Source: Oscillibacter sp.
GTDB lineage: Bacteria > Bacillota > Clostridia > Oscillospirales > Oscillospiraceae
Assembly (NCBI GenBank): GCA_022652655.1
Contig: JALCRQ010000003.1
Location: forward strand, 27,668-91,667
Direction: 5' to 3'
DNA length: 64,000 nucleotides
The translations under genes were made by a program, and so were the position numbers. The notes under the pieces were generated by a model. It ran no database searches and was not told where the DNA came from. It saw nothing but the letters and a program-made list of their open reading frames with translations. The stretch's first letter is position 1. Every line of letters starts with the position of its first letter. This document shows positions 33,641 to 42,760 of the stretch, in pieces.

Positions 33641-35227
33641 ATGCAGTACAATTCGTGGCTGTATCTGCTGGCCTTTCTGGGCGTCACGGTTCTGTGCTAC
33701 TATCTGGCGCCCCTGCGGCTCCGGTGGACGGTGCTGCTGGGCGCCAGTGCGGTATTCTACTGGATTTCCTGCGGGTGGCTTTTGTGCGTGCTGCCGCTGA
33801 CGGCGCTGGGCGTCTACCTGCTGGCGCTGCGCATGGAGCGCGTAAAGGAGAGCGGCCGGGCGGCCGCAGCGGCGCTCCCCCGGGAGGAGCGGCGCCTCCT
33901 TCGGGAGCGGACGCAGCGGCAGACAGGGCGGCTGCTGGCCCTGACGGCCGCCGGGGCCTTCGGCGTCCTCTTTTTCACCAAGTATTTTAATTTCGCCGCA
34001 GTCAACCTCAACGCGCTTCTCGCGGCGCTCCGCGTCCCGGCCCGGATTCCCGGGCTGCACCTGCTGATGCCGCTGGGCATTTCTTTTTATACCCTCTCCG
34101 CCGTCAGCTATGCGGCCGACGTGGCCCACGGCGTCTGCCCGGCCCAGCGGAATTACGGAAAGCTGCTGGCGTTCCTGCTGTTCTTTCCGGTGATCACGGA
34201 GGGGCCCGTCTCCCGTTACGGCCAGCTGGCCCCCCAGATTTCCCGGGGGAACCGCTTCGACTGCCGCACCTTCGCCTTTGGCGTTCAGCTCATTCTCTGG
34301 GGCCTTTTCCAAAAGGTCGTCCTGGCGGATCGGCTGGACCGGTATGTGGGCAATATCTTTGATCATTACCGCAGCTACAGCGGCATTGTGACGGCGCTGA
34401 CCGCGGTGCTCTACACCTTTCAGATCTACATGGATTTTTCCGGCTGCGTGGACATCGCCCGGGGCAGCGCGGAGCTGTTCGGAATCCACCTGGCCGAGAA
34501 TTTCCGCCGGCCGTTTTTCGCCAACTCCGTCAATGATTTCTGGCGGCGCTGGCACATCACCCTGGGTGCCTGGCTGCGGGACTATATCTTCTATCCCCTC
34601 TCCATGAGCCGCGGGTTTCAGCGTCTGAGCCGGTGGTCCCGGAAGTACCTGGGAGCCTATTACGCCGCCGCCGTGCCGGCCCTGTTTGCGCTGCTGGCTG
34701 TCTGGCTGGGGAACGGAATCTGGCACGGAGCGGCCTGGAAATACATTGTTTACGGCCTTTACTACTACGCCATTACCGCGCTGGGCATGCTGCTGGAACC
34801 GGTGTTTCTCCGGCTGCTGCCGGCCCTGGGGCTGAGCCGGGAGCAGAGAGGCTACCGGATTTTCCAGATCCTCCGGACCTTTGTGCTGGTGAATGTCGGC
34901 ATGGTGATCTTCCGGGCGGACAGCCTGCCGGCGGCGGCCTTTATGCTCCGCTCCGTGTTCCGCCCCTACCGGGGAGGAAGCCTGGCGGGCGTTCTGGCCG
35001 CCCAGGGCCTGCCTCTGGGGCAGGCCGCCATCGCCGCGGCCGGCGCGGCTGTCGTCTTTGCCGTGAGCCTGCTCCGGGAGCGGGGCGTCTGCCTGCGGGA
35101 GGCCGTCGCCCGCCGTCCCATTCCCGTGCGCTGGGCAGTTTATTTTGCCGCCCTGCTGGCGGTACTGATCGCCGGCGCCTACGGGCCGGGCTTCGGCTCC
35201 GTGGATTTTATCTATGCCCAATTTTAA
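33641..35227 (+). CDS. dltB: MBOAT-family membrane O-acyltransferase (DltB/AlgI-like)
   Basis: 528-aa polytopic protein with the MBOAT signature region FWRRWHITLGAWLRDYIFYPL and a conserved His (NGIWHGAAW). Confidence 0.85.
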   Translation: MQYNSWLYLLAFLGVTVLCYYLAPLRLRWTVLLGASAVFYWISCGWLLCVLPLTALGVYLLALRMERVKESGRAAAAALPREERRLLRERTQRQTGRLLALTAAGAFGVLFFTKYFNFAAVNLNALLAALRVPARIPGLHLLMPLGISFYTLSAVSYAADVAHGVCPAQRNYGKLLAFLLFFPVITEGPVSRYGQLAPQISRGNRFDCRTFAFGVQLILWGLFQKVVLADRLDRYVGNIFDHYRSYSGIVTALTAVLYTFQIYMDFSGCVDIARGSAELFGIHLAENFRRPFFANSVNDFWRRWHITLGAWLRDYIFYPLSMSRGFQRLSRWSRKYLGAYYAAAVPALFALLAVWLGNGIWHGAAWKYIVYGLYYYAITALGMLLEPVFLRLLPALGLSREQRGYRIFQILRTFVLVNVGMVIFRADSLPAAAFMLRSVFRPYRGGSLAGVLAAQGLPLGQAAIAAAGAAVVFAVSLLRERGVCLREAVARRPIPVRWAVYFAALLAVLIAGAYGPGFGSVDFIYAQF

Positions 35228-35244
35228 AAAGGAGGAAAAAGAGC

Positions 35245-36231
35245 ATGAACAAGCGCTCTGCCCGGGGACGGGCCGCCCTCCGACTTACTGCCTTTTTCCT
35301 CCTGGGGGCGCTGCTGCTGGAAGGGTTTTCGCTGCTCTCCCGGGAGATGGGGCGGGACCGTGCGGCGCTGCGCAACTATTCCACCACCAGCTTTTTTGCC
35401 GAGCCCCGGGATACCATCGACGTGCTGGCCATCGGCACCAGCAGCGTCTATTCCTCCGTGGCGCCCATGGAGTGGTGGAACCGGTACGGGTTTACCGGCT
35501 ATACCTGGGGAGAGCCCTCTCAGCGGATCTTCGAGACGTATGAGTACCTGAAGAAAATTTATCGGACCCAGAGGCCGGCGGTGGTTTTTCTGGAGGTCGG
35601 CGCCCTCTACCGGGATACCACCCGGGCGCAGGTGCTGGACAGCCTGGTGAAATCCCGGCTGGAGCAGGCCGTGCCGCTCATCGCCTATCACCGGAATCTG
35701 GATCCCCGGAAGCTGCGCAATCTGGGCGCACCGCGCCATTCCGTCACCAAGGGCTTCTTTCCCCGGGCCGGAACCGTGCAGTCCGACAGTCTCAGCGATT
35801 ATATGAAGGCCGAGAAATCGACCGTTCCCATGGATCCGCTTTGCAGCGGCGAGCTGCGCCGCTGCGTCCGGCTGTGCCATCGGCACGGCTCCCAGGTGGT
35901 GCTGCTGTCCGTCCCGGACCGTTCCAGCTGGAACGGCTCCCGGCACGATGCCGTTGAAAGACTGGCCGAGGCCTGGGGCGTGCCCTACCTGGATCTGAAC
36001 CTGGAGCTGCGGGAGGAGATCAACTGGAGAACAGATACAGTGGACGGCGGGATTCATCTCAACTGCGCCGGCGCCGGAAAGGTGACGGCATATCTGGGCA
36101 GCTATCTTTCGTCCCGGTATCGCCTGCCCGACCACCGGGGCGACGCCGCGTACAGCGCGTGGAACCGGGACTGGAAGAAGTTTTCCGGCGTGCTGAGCGC
36201 GGCGGAGCGGCCCGTGTCCAGCGCCGCCTGA
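35245..36231 (+). CDS. N-terminally anchored extracytoplasmic SGNH/DltD-like hydrolase or acyltransferase (tentative)
   Basis: Signal anchor RLTAFFLLGALLLEGF. Possible block-I Ser in VLAIGTSSVYSS and a C-terminal D..H (VDGGIHLN). It sits in the position DltD occupies but is shorter (328 aa) and not obviously DltD. Confidence 0.5.
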   Translation: MNKRSARGRAALRLTAFFLLGALLLEGFSLLSREMGRDRAALRNYSTTSFFAEPRDTIDVLAIGTSSVYSSVAPMEWWNRYGFTGYTWGEPSQRIFETYEYLKKIYRTQRPAVVFLEVGALYRDTTRAQVLDSLVKSRLEQAVPLIAYHRNLDPRKLRNLGAPRHSVTKGFFPRAGTVQSDSLSDYMKAEKSTVPMDPLCSGELRRCVRLCHRHGSQVVLLSVPDRSSWNGSRHDAVERLAEAWGVPYLDLNLELREEINWRTDTVDGGIHLNCAGAGKVTAYLGSYLSSRYRLPDHRGDAAYSAWNRDWKKFSGVLSAAERPVSSAA

Positions 36232-36261
36232 TTTCCGCATTTTCCGGGCCGTCGCGCCCGC

Positions 36262-36293
36262 CTGCGCCCTCCGGCCCGGCCGGAGGGCGTTTT
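36262..36293 (+). terminator. terminator hairpin, copy 1 of an identical 32-nt element
   Basis: CTGCGCCCTCCGGCCCGGCCGGAGGGCGTTTT. Confidence 0.7.
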
Positions 36294-36494
36294 GCGCCGC
36301 CGGCGGTGTGCCGTTTCACGGGAATCCCCGGAGAGGACTGTGCGTGCGTACACTGCCGCTCCGCCTTTTTGCGTCGTGTGAATATTGAGAACCCCGGGGA
36401 GCGGATGGTATACTGGGCGCAGAGAGCCGGCGGACGGGATCCGGCCGCCGGCAGGATGCGTCAAAGTACAAACGAAGGGTTGGGTGAAGTCGCG

Positions 36495-37334
36495 ATGAGC
36501 AGACAGGTGACAATCGGACTCGTACAGATGGAGAGCGTGCTCCGGGACAAGCAGGCGAATCTCAGCAAGGCGGCGGGGTATCTGGATGAGGCCGCCGCCA
36601 AAGGCGCGGATCTGGTGTGCTTCCCGGAGATGTTCTTCTGCGGATACAGCCCCAGCATGACCGGGAGCGATTATCTGGCCATGGCGGAGGAGCCGGAGGG
36701 CGAAACCTTCCGCTTTTTAAGCGCCTACGCCAGGCGGCACCGGATGTATGTCGTCGCACCCATTGCCGCCGTCTGTTCGGCTCCGGGTGTGATCTACAAC
36801 TGCGCGCTGGTGATCGACCGGCAGGGCGCGCTGATGGGAACCTACTGCAAAACGCACCTCTGGGCCGGGGAGGCGCGCACCATGCGGGCGGGTTCGGAGT
36901 ACCCCGTTTTTCACATGGATTTCGGCACCGTGGGCGTTATGATCTGCTACGACGGGGGCTTCCCCGAGGTGTCCCGCATTCTGGCGCTGAACGGCGCGGA
37001 GCTGATTCTCTGTCCCAGCGCCTTCCCCATTCAGGACAAGGACATGTGGGACACCTACTTCGGCTCCCGGGCGCTGGAAAACTGCTGCTTCACCGCCGCG
37101 CTCAACTGCGTGGGCCGCGAGGAGGGCTGCCGGATGTTCGGAAACAACAAGGTGTTCAATCCCCGGGGCCATCTTCTGGCGGAGGCGCCGGTGGACGAGG
37201 AGGCGCTGCTGCTGTGTACCTTTGATCTGGATGAGGCGGCCTACCACCGCCAAAACGGCGTCTACTATCTGAAAGACCGCCGTCCGGACACGTACGGAGC
37301 GCTGCTCCGGCCGGACTATCCCCTGGGAAAATAA
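36495..37334 (+). CDS. carbon-nitrogen hydrolase (nitrilase superfamily)
   Basis: VTIGLVQMES...ADLVCFPEMFFCGY (Glu)...CKTHLW (Lys)...VMICYDGGFPE (Cys). The E-K-C triad context is present. ATG 36495 is chosen; 36456 is an alternative. Confidence 0.8.
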   Translation: MSRQVTIGLVQMESVLRDKQANLSKAAGYLDEAAAKGADLVCFPEMFFCGYSPSMTGSDYLAMAEEPEGETFRFLSAYARRHRMYVVAPIAAVCSAPGVIYNCALVIDRQGALMGTYCKTHLWAGEARTMRAGSEYPVFHMDFGTVGVMICYDGGFPEVSRILALNGAELILCPSAFPIQDKDMWDTYFGSRALENCCFTAALNCVGREEGCRMFGNNKVFNPRGHLLAEAPVDEEALLLCTFDLDEAAYHRQNGVYYLKDRRPDTYGALLRPDYPLGK

Positions 37335-37339
37335 AGCGT

Positions 37340-37373
37340 CTGCGCCCTCCGGCCCGGCCGGAGGGCGTTTTTT
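37340..37373 (+). terminator. terminator hairpin, copy 2 of the identical 32-nt element
   Basis: CTGCGCCCTCCGGCCCGGCCGGAGGGCGTTTT plus two further T. Confidence 0.7.
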
Positions 37374-37533
37374 CGGCGGCCGGATGGCCGCAGCCGGGGA
37401 AATCCGCGCCCGCCCGCCGCGATCCGGAGATGACAAACGGAGAAAAAGGTGATAAACTGATCCGGATCAAAGCCGTTTCCGGCGCCGGGGTATTCGGCGT
37501 CCGGGCCGGAACGTTTTATGGAAAGCGGGGAAC

Positions 37534-37947
37534 ATGAATTTGGAGGACTATTTCAGCGTCTGCCTGCCGCCCGACGCACTGCAGTCCATCAGCAGCATCG
37601 GTCTGGCCCATCTGGGGGACGCGGTCTATGAGCTGCTGGTGCGGACATGGCTGTGCGCCCACGGAAAGGCCACCGGCCGGGGCCTGCATCAGGCGACGAT
37701 CCGGCTGGTCTGCGCCGAGAGCCAGGCCCGGCGGGCCCGGGCGGTGGAGGCCCTTTTATCGGAGCAGGAGGCGGATGTGTTCCGCCGGGGCCGCAACGCT
37801 CAGGTACACACCGTCCCCACCCACGCCAGCCGGGCGCAGTACGCCGAGGCCACGGCGTTGGAGGCGCTGCTGGGCTGGCTGTATCTCCAGGGCCGGCGGG
37901 AGCGGATCAATGAACTGTTTGCAAAAATGATGGAAGTCGAGGGGTAA
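37534..37947 (+). CDS. mrnC: mini-ribonuclease III
   Basis: 137 aa with LAHLGDAVYEL...RGRN...EALLGWLYL, typical of Mini-III. Confidence 0.85.
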   Translation: MNLEDYFSVCLPPDALQSISSIGLAHLGDAVYELLVRTWLCAHGKATGRGLHQATIRLVCAESQARRARAVEALLSEQEADVFRRGRNAQVHTVPTHASRAQYAEATALEALLGWLYLQGRRERINELFAKMMEVEG

Positions 37948-37950
37948 AAT

Positions 37951-39699
37951 ATGCCATTGGATGCGGTTTGCCTTCAGGCGGAGGCGGAGGAGCTTCGGGC
38001 GCGGGTGCTGGACGTGCGGATCGACAAGGTGCAGCAGCCCGCCCGGGATCAGGTGATCCTGCTGCTGCGCGGCAACCTGCGGCTGCTGTTGAACGCGGGA
38101 GTGGGCTCCTCCCGGATTCAGCTGACGGAGCAGCTCCGGGACAATCCGGCGGAGCCGCCCATGTTCTGCATGCTGCTGCGCAAGCATCTGGTGGGCGGCC
38201 GGATTACGGCGCTGGAGCAGCCTGCGCTGGAGCGCCTGGTGGAGCTGCAGATCGATATGACCGACGAGTTCGGCCGGCAGAACCGGCGCTGGCTGGTGCT
38301 GGAGACCATGGGCCGGAACGCCAATCTCATCCTGCTGGACGAGCAGCGGCGGATTTTGGAGTGCATGCGCCGGGTGGACGCGGAGATGTCCCCGCAGCGC
38401 CAGGTGCTCCCGGGCCTTTTCTATGAGCGGCCGCCGTCCCACGGACGGACGCTTTTTACCGACGCCGGGGAGGAGGACTTCCGGGCGCGGCTGAGCGCCG
38501 CCAATCCGGAGCGGCAGCTGGACGCCTTTTTGCTGGAACAGTATTTCGGCCTCTCGCCGCTGATCGCCCGGGAGCTGGCCTTCCGGACGACAGGCGCGAC
38601 GGACGCGCGGATCTGCCAGCTGAACGGCCCGGGCACGGAGCGGTTCTGGACGGAGGTTCGCGCCCTGCAGGAGCGGATCGAAGGCCGGCAGTTTACGCCG
38701 GTGTGCCTGATGCGGGACGGAAAACCTCTGGATTTTTCCTACATGCCCATCCGGCAGTACGGCCCGGCGGCGGAGCAGGTCTCCTACGGCAGCTTCTCCG
38801 CCCTGATGGACGACTTTTTTGTGACCCGGGAGCGGCAGGAGCGGATGCGCCAGCGGGGCGCGGATCTTTTGAAAACCGCCTCCGCCGCCCGGGACCGGCT
38901 GCGGCGCAAGCTGGCGGCCCAGGAGAAGGACTACGCCGCCACCCAGGATCGGGACCAGCTGCGGCTGTGCGGAGATCTGATTACGGCGAACCTCTACCGC
39001 ATGAAGCGGGGGCCCGCCGCCTTTACCACGGAGAATTTCTACGCCGAGGGCGGGGATGCCGTCACGATTCCTCTGGATCCGCTGCTGACGCCCCAGCAGA
39101 ACGCCGCCAAATACTACAAGCGGTACACCAAGGCTCGGACGGCGGAAAAGCATTTGCGGGAGCAGATGGAGATCGCCCGGGGAGAGCTCACTTATCTGGA
39201 AAGCGTGCTGGAGGAGATTCAGGAGGCGGAGACGGAGCAGGATTTCCAGGACATCCGCACCGAACTGCGGGACGCGGGGTATCTGCGCCTCCGGTCGGAG
39301 AAAAAAGAGATGAAGCGGACGTCCAAGCCCCGGGAATTCCGCACCGCCGGCGGACTACGGGTACTGGTGGGCCGCAACAACCGCCAAAACGACCAGCTCA
39401 CCGTGAAAAGCGCCGACCGGCGGGATCTCTGGCTCCACACCCAGAAGATCCACGGCTCCCACGTCATTCTCTGCACCGGCGGGGCGGAGCCGTCGCCGGA
39501 GGATCTGGAGGAGGCGGCCATGCTGGCAGCCTATTATTCCCAGGCCCGTGAGAGCGGAAACGTGCCGGTGGACTGGACGCCGGTCAAAAACGTGAAGAAG
39601 CCCGCCGGCGCGCGGCCCGGAATGGTGATCTACACCACATACCGCACCGTCCGCGTCACGCCGGACAGTGCCGCCGTAAACCGCATGCGGGTAAAATGA
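37951..39699 (+). CDS. rqcH: ribosome quality control factor RqcH (NFACT / FbpA family)
   Basis: NFACT-N (IDKVQQPARDQVILLLR), a coiled-coil middle region, and NFACT-R (VLVGRNNRQNDQLTVKSADRRDLWLHTQKIHGSHVIL). Confidence 0.85.
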   Translation: MPLDAVCLQAEAEELRARVLDVRIDKVQQPARDQVILLLRGNLRLLLNAGVGSSRIQLTEQLRDNPAEPPMFCMLLRKHLVGGRITALEQPALERLVELQIDMTDEFGRQNRRWLVLETMGRNANLILLDEQRRILECMRRVDAEMSPQRQVLPGLFYERPPSHGRTLFTDAGEEDFRARLSAANPERQLDAFLLEQYFGLSPLIARELAFRTTGATDARICQLNGPGTERFWTEVRALQERIEGRQFTPVCLMRDGKPLDFSYMPIRQYGPAAEQVSYGSFSALMDDFFVTRERQERMRQRGADLLKTASAARDRLRRKLAAQEKDYAATQDRDQLRLCGDLITANLYRMKRGPAAFTTENFYAEGGDAVTIPLDPLLTPQQNAAKYYKRYTKARTAEKHLREQMEIARGELTYLESVLEEIQEAETEQDFQDIRTELRDAGYLRLRSEKKEMKRTSKPREFRTAGGLRVLVGRNNRQNDQLTVKSADRRDLWLHTQKIHGSHVILCTGGAEPSPEDLEEAAMLAAYYSQARESGNVPVDWTPVKNVKKPAGARPGMVIYTTYRTVRVTPDSAAVNRMRVK

Positions 39700-39751
39700 A
39701 ATCCAAATCCATCCGCCCCGGGCGCCGCCCGGGGCTAAAAGGAGATGCTTT

Positions 39752-41110
39752 ATGTCAACCTTGTTGATTCGAAATCTCAAAACCGTCGTCACCTGCGACG
39801 ACGCGGACACGGTGCTGAACGGCGTCGATCTCTACGCGGAGGGCGGCGTGGTGCGGGCCATGGGACCGGAGCTCCGCTGCGCGGCGGATACCGTGCTGGA
39901 CGGGACGCACTGCATCGCCTATCCCGGCCTGGTCAACACCCACCACCATCTCTATCAGACGTTTTCCCGGAATCTGCCCCAGGTGCAGAACCTGGAGCTG
40001 TTCGACTGGCTCACCGCCCTCTATGAGATCTGGAAGGGGCTGGATGAGGAAACCGTCCGGCTCAGCACGCTGACGGGCTGCGGAGAGCTGCTCAAGCACG
40101 GCTGCACCACCTGTTTTGACCATCACTACGTCTTTCCCCGGGGCGCGGGAGATCTGCTGGGGGCGCAGTTTGCCGCGGCGGAGGAGCTGGGCATCCGGTT
40201 TTACGCCTCCCGGGGGAGCATGGATCTGAGCAAAAAGGACGGCGGCCTGCCGCCGGACAGCGTGGTGCAGACGGTGGATGAGATCTTGGCGGATTCCGTC
40301 CGGGCCATCGAGGCGTATCACGATCCGTCCTTCGGCTCCATGCGCCGGGTGGCGCTGGCGCCCTGCTCGCCCTTCTCCGTGTCGGCGGAGCTGCTGCGCC
40401 AAAGCGCGCTGCTGGCCCGGCAGTACGGCGTGCGCCTCCACACCCATGTGGCGGAGACAAAGGACGAGGAGCGTTTCACACAGGAGCGCTGCGGCATGCG
40501 GCCCCTGGAATATATGGCCTCCCTGGGCTGGACAGGAAGCGACGTCTGGTACGCCCACGGCATTCACTTTAACGACCAGGAGCTCCGGGAGCTGGCCCGT
40601 ACCGGCACCGGCATCGCCCACTGTCCCATCTCCAACATGAAGCTCTCCTCCGGCGTGGCCCGGGTGCCGGAGATGCTGAAGCTGGGCGTGCCGGTGGGAC
40701 TGGCGGTGGACGGCTCCGCCTCCAACGACGGCTCGTCCCTGATGGAGGAGCTGCGGGTGTGCTATCTGCTCCACCGCCTGACCTCCAGTGCCGCGGCCCC
40801 TTCCGGCTACGATGTTTTGAAGCTGGCCACCCGGGGCAGCGCCCGGCTGCTGGGCCGGGACGACATCGGCCGGCTGGCTGTGGGAAAGTGTGCGGATCTC
40901 TTTTTGGTGGACTCCCGCCGGCTGGAGCTGACGGGTGCGCTGTACGATCCCAAATCGGTGCTGGGCACCGTGGGCCTGCGGGGCCCGGTGGACACGACGG
41001 TGGTCAACGGCCGGGTCGTGGTGCAGGAAGGCCGTCTGGTGACGGTGGACGAGGAGCGCCTGGCGGAGCAGGCCGGCCGGGCCTGCGGAGCCTATCTGGC
41101 CAGGGCCTGA
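39752..41110 (+). CDS. amidohydrolase-superfamily deaminase, 8-oxoguanine deaminase-like
   Basis: PGLVNTHHHLYQTFSRNL...LFDWLTALYEIW...HTHVAET...YAHGIHF...VDGSASND. Metal ligands are as in the guanine/8-oxoguanine/chlorohydrolase subgroup. The substrate call is tentative. Confidence 0.75.
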   Translation: MSTLLIRNLKTVVTCDDADTVLNGVDLYAEGGVVRAMGPELRCAADTVLDGTHCIAYPGLVNTHHHLYQTFSRNLPQVQNLELFDWLTALYEIWKGLDEETVRLSTLTGCGELLKHGCTTCFDHHYVFPRGAGDLLGAQFAAAEELGIRFYASRGSMDLSKKDGGLPPDSVVQTVDEILADSVRAIEAYHDPSFGSMRRVALAPCSPFSVSAELLRQSALLARQYGVRLHTHVAETKDEERFTQERCGMRPLEYMASLGWTGSDVWYAHGIHFNDQELRELARTGTGIAHCPISNMKLSSGVARVPEMLKLGVPVGLAVDGSASNDGSSLMEELRVCYLLHRLTSSAAAPSGYDVLKLATRGSARLLGRDDIGRLAVGKCADLFLVDSRRLELTGALYDPKSVLGTVGLRGPVDTTVVNGRVVVQEGRLVTVDEERLAEQAGRACGAYLARA

Positions 41111-41143
41111 GCATCCGCGGAGCAGAAACGAAAGGGGAGCCAT

Positions 41144-41680
41144 ATGGGCCGTTTTGAAATTGTGGTGGGGGATATTACCGCCTCGGATGCGGAGGCGATC
41201 GTCAATGCCGCCAATGAATCCCTGCTGGGCGGCGGAGGCGTGGACGGCGCCATCCACCGTGCGGCGGGTCCGGAGCTGCTGGAGGAATGTCGGAAGCTCC
41301 GCGGCTGCCCCACGGGGCAGGCCAGGCTGACAGGCGGGTACCGGCTGCGGGCGAAGTACGTCATCCACACCGTGGGGCCCGTCTACCGGGACGGCGCCCA
41401 CGGGGAGGCGGCGGCGCTGGCCTCCTGTTACCGCGCCAGCCTGGAGACGGCGGAGGCCCGGGGAATCCGGGAGGTGGATTTTCCCTCCATTTCCACCGGC
41501 GTTTTTCACTACCCTGTGGCCCAGGCCGCCGCGGTGGCGGAAAAGGCGATTATGGAGTTTCTGCGGGCCCATCCCGCCATGCGGCGGGTGAGAATGGTCT
41601 GCCATGACGAAGCGGCGGCCCGCGTCTATCGCCAGACCTATAACCAGCTGTACGCCGGGGAGAAGGAACAGAGACTGTGA
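41144..41680 (+). CDS. macro-domain protein (O-acetyl-ADP-ribose deacetylase / ADP-ribose-binding, YmdB-like)
   Basis: GDITASDAEAIVNAANESLLGGGGVDGAIHRAAG...IHTVGP...FPSISTGVF. Confidence 0.85.
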   Translation: MGRFEIVVGDITASDAEAIVNAANESLLGGGGVDGAIHRAAGPELLEECRKLRGCPTGQARLTGGYRLRAKYVIHTVGPVYRDGAHGEAAALASCYRASLETAEARGIREVDFPSISTGVFHYPVAQAAAVAEKAIMEFLRAHPAMRRVRMVCHDEAAARVYRQTYNQLYAGEKEQRL

Positions 41681-42528
41681 AGTACATCTACTTGCCGGAG
41701 ATCGGCGCGGCCAGAGTGAGCTCCCGGGAGTTCAGTCTCGCCCAAATTGCCGACAGCGGGCAGTGCTTCCGTCTGACCCGGACATCACCGGAGCGCTGGC
41801 GTCTCATTGCGGGGCGCCGGGTGCTGCGGCTGGAGACGGTTCCCGGCGGAACGCTCTTTTACTGTACGGAGGAGGAGTTTCGCTCCGTGTGGCGCCGGTA
41901 TTTCGACCTGACGGCCGGCTATCGGCGGTATCGCTCCGCGGTTCCGGAGGAGGACGGGTATCTGCGCTCCGCCGTCCGTTTCGGCCGGGGCATCCGGATT
42001 CTGCGGCAGGACCCCTGGGAGATGCTGGTGACGTTTATTATCTCTCAGCGGAAGAATATCCCGGCCATTCGGCTGTCGGTGGAAAAGCTGTGCGCCCGGT
42101 GCGGCGAGCCGCTGCCCGGCGGCCTTTTTGCCTTTCCCGCGGCGGAGCGGCTGGCCGCGCTGCCGCAGGAGGAGCTGGCATTGTGTTCCCTGGGCTACCG
42201 GACGGGCTACATACACGCCGCGGCGCGGATGGCCGCGGAGGGAGAACTGGATTTTGCCGCCCTGGCGCGCTCCGACGATGAGACGCTGCGCCAGGCGCTT
42301 TTGGCGGTGCCGGGCGTGGGCGTCAAGGTGGCGGAGTGCGTGATGCTCTTTGGCTTCCACCGCCTGCGGGGCTTCCCGGTGGACGTGTGGATCGGGCGCA
42401 CGCTGCGGGAGCACTATCCCGACGGGCTGGACCTGACGCGGTACGCGGGGTTTGAGGGTGTGATCCAGCAGTATCTTTTCTACTACGCCAGAAGCGGCGA
42501 GACGTCCGCCCCGGGGAGAGGGGACTGA
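41677..42528 (+). CDS. ogg: HhH-GPD DNA glycosylase, Ogg-type (8-oxoguanine DNA glycosylase/lyase)
   Basis: LLAVPGVGVKVAECVMLFGFHRLRGFPVDVW contains the HhH motif, a Lys and a catalytic Asp, as in the OGG1/bacterial Ogg family. The GTGA start overlaps the macro-gene stop. Confidence 0.7.
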   Translation: MKYIYLPEIGAARVSSREFSLAQIADSGQCFRLTRTSPERWRLIAGRRVLRLETVPGGTLFYCTEEEFRSVWRRYFDLTAGYRRYRSAVPEEDGYLRSAVRFGRGIRILRQDPWEMLVTFIISQRKNIPAIRLSVEKLCARCGEPLPGGLFAFPAAERLAALPQEELALCSLGYRTGYIHAAARMAAEGELDFAALARSDDETLRQALLAVPGVGVKVAECVMLFGFHRLRGFPVDVWIGRTLREHYPDGLDLTRYAGFEGVIQQYLFYYARSGETSAPGRGD

Positions 42529-42633
42529 CGGGACGCTTCACCGCCCCTGAAAAAGGGCCTGGGCCCGTCTTTCAAAAGGCATAAAAAGCCCCAGAGCAAA
42601 ATGCACCCGGTGGATAAGGATGTTTTCCAAGGC

Positions 42634-42674
42634 GGCAGCCGCGGCGTATTTACACAGCCGCTGCCTCCTTTTTT
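42634..42674 (+). terminator. imperfect intrinsic terminator after ogg
   Basis: GGCAGC(cgc)GGC...GCCGCTGCC followed by TCCTTTTTT. Confidence 0.45.
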
Positions 42675-42760
42675 GAGAAATGGGGATCCTTCGCCTTTGG
42701 CGGATACGGCGAAGGATTGGACAGATTGACAAATCGGAAGTTGTGGAGGAGAAAGCGGTT

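Noticed and set aside
33263-35221. 652-aa ORF on the minus strand, antisense to the MBOAT gene.
   Set aside because: Shadow ORF. The plus strand encodes a coherent polytopic MBOAT with the conserved His region.
39755-41605. 616-aa ORF on the minus strand, antisense to the amidohydrolase and macro genes.
   Set aside because: Shadow ORF spanning two well-supported plus-strand genes.
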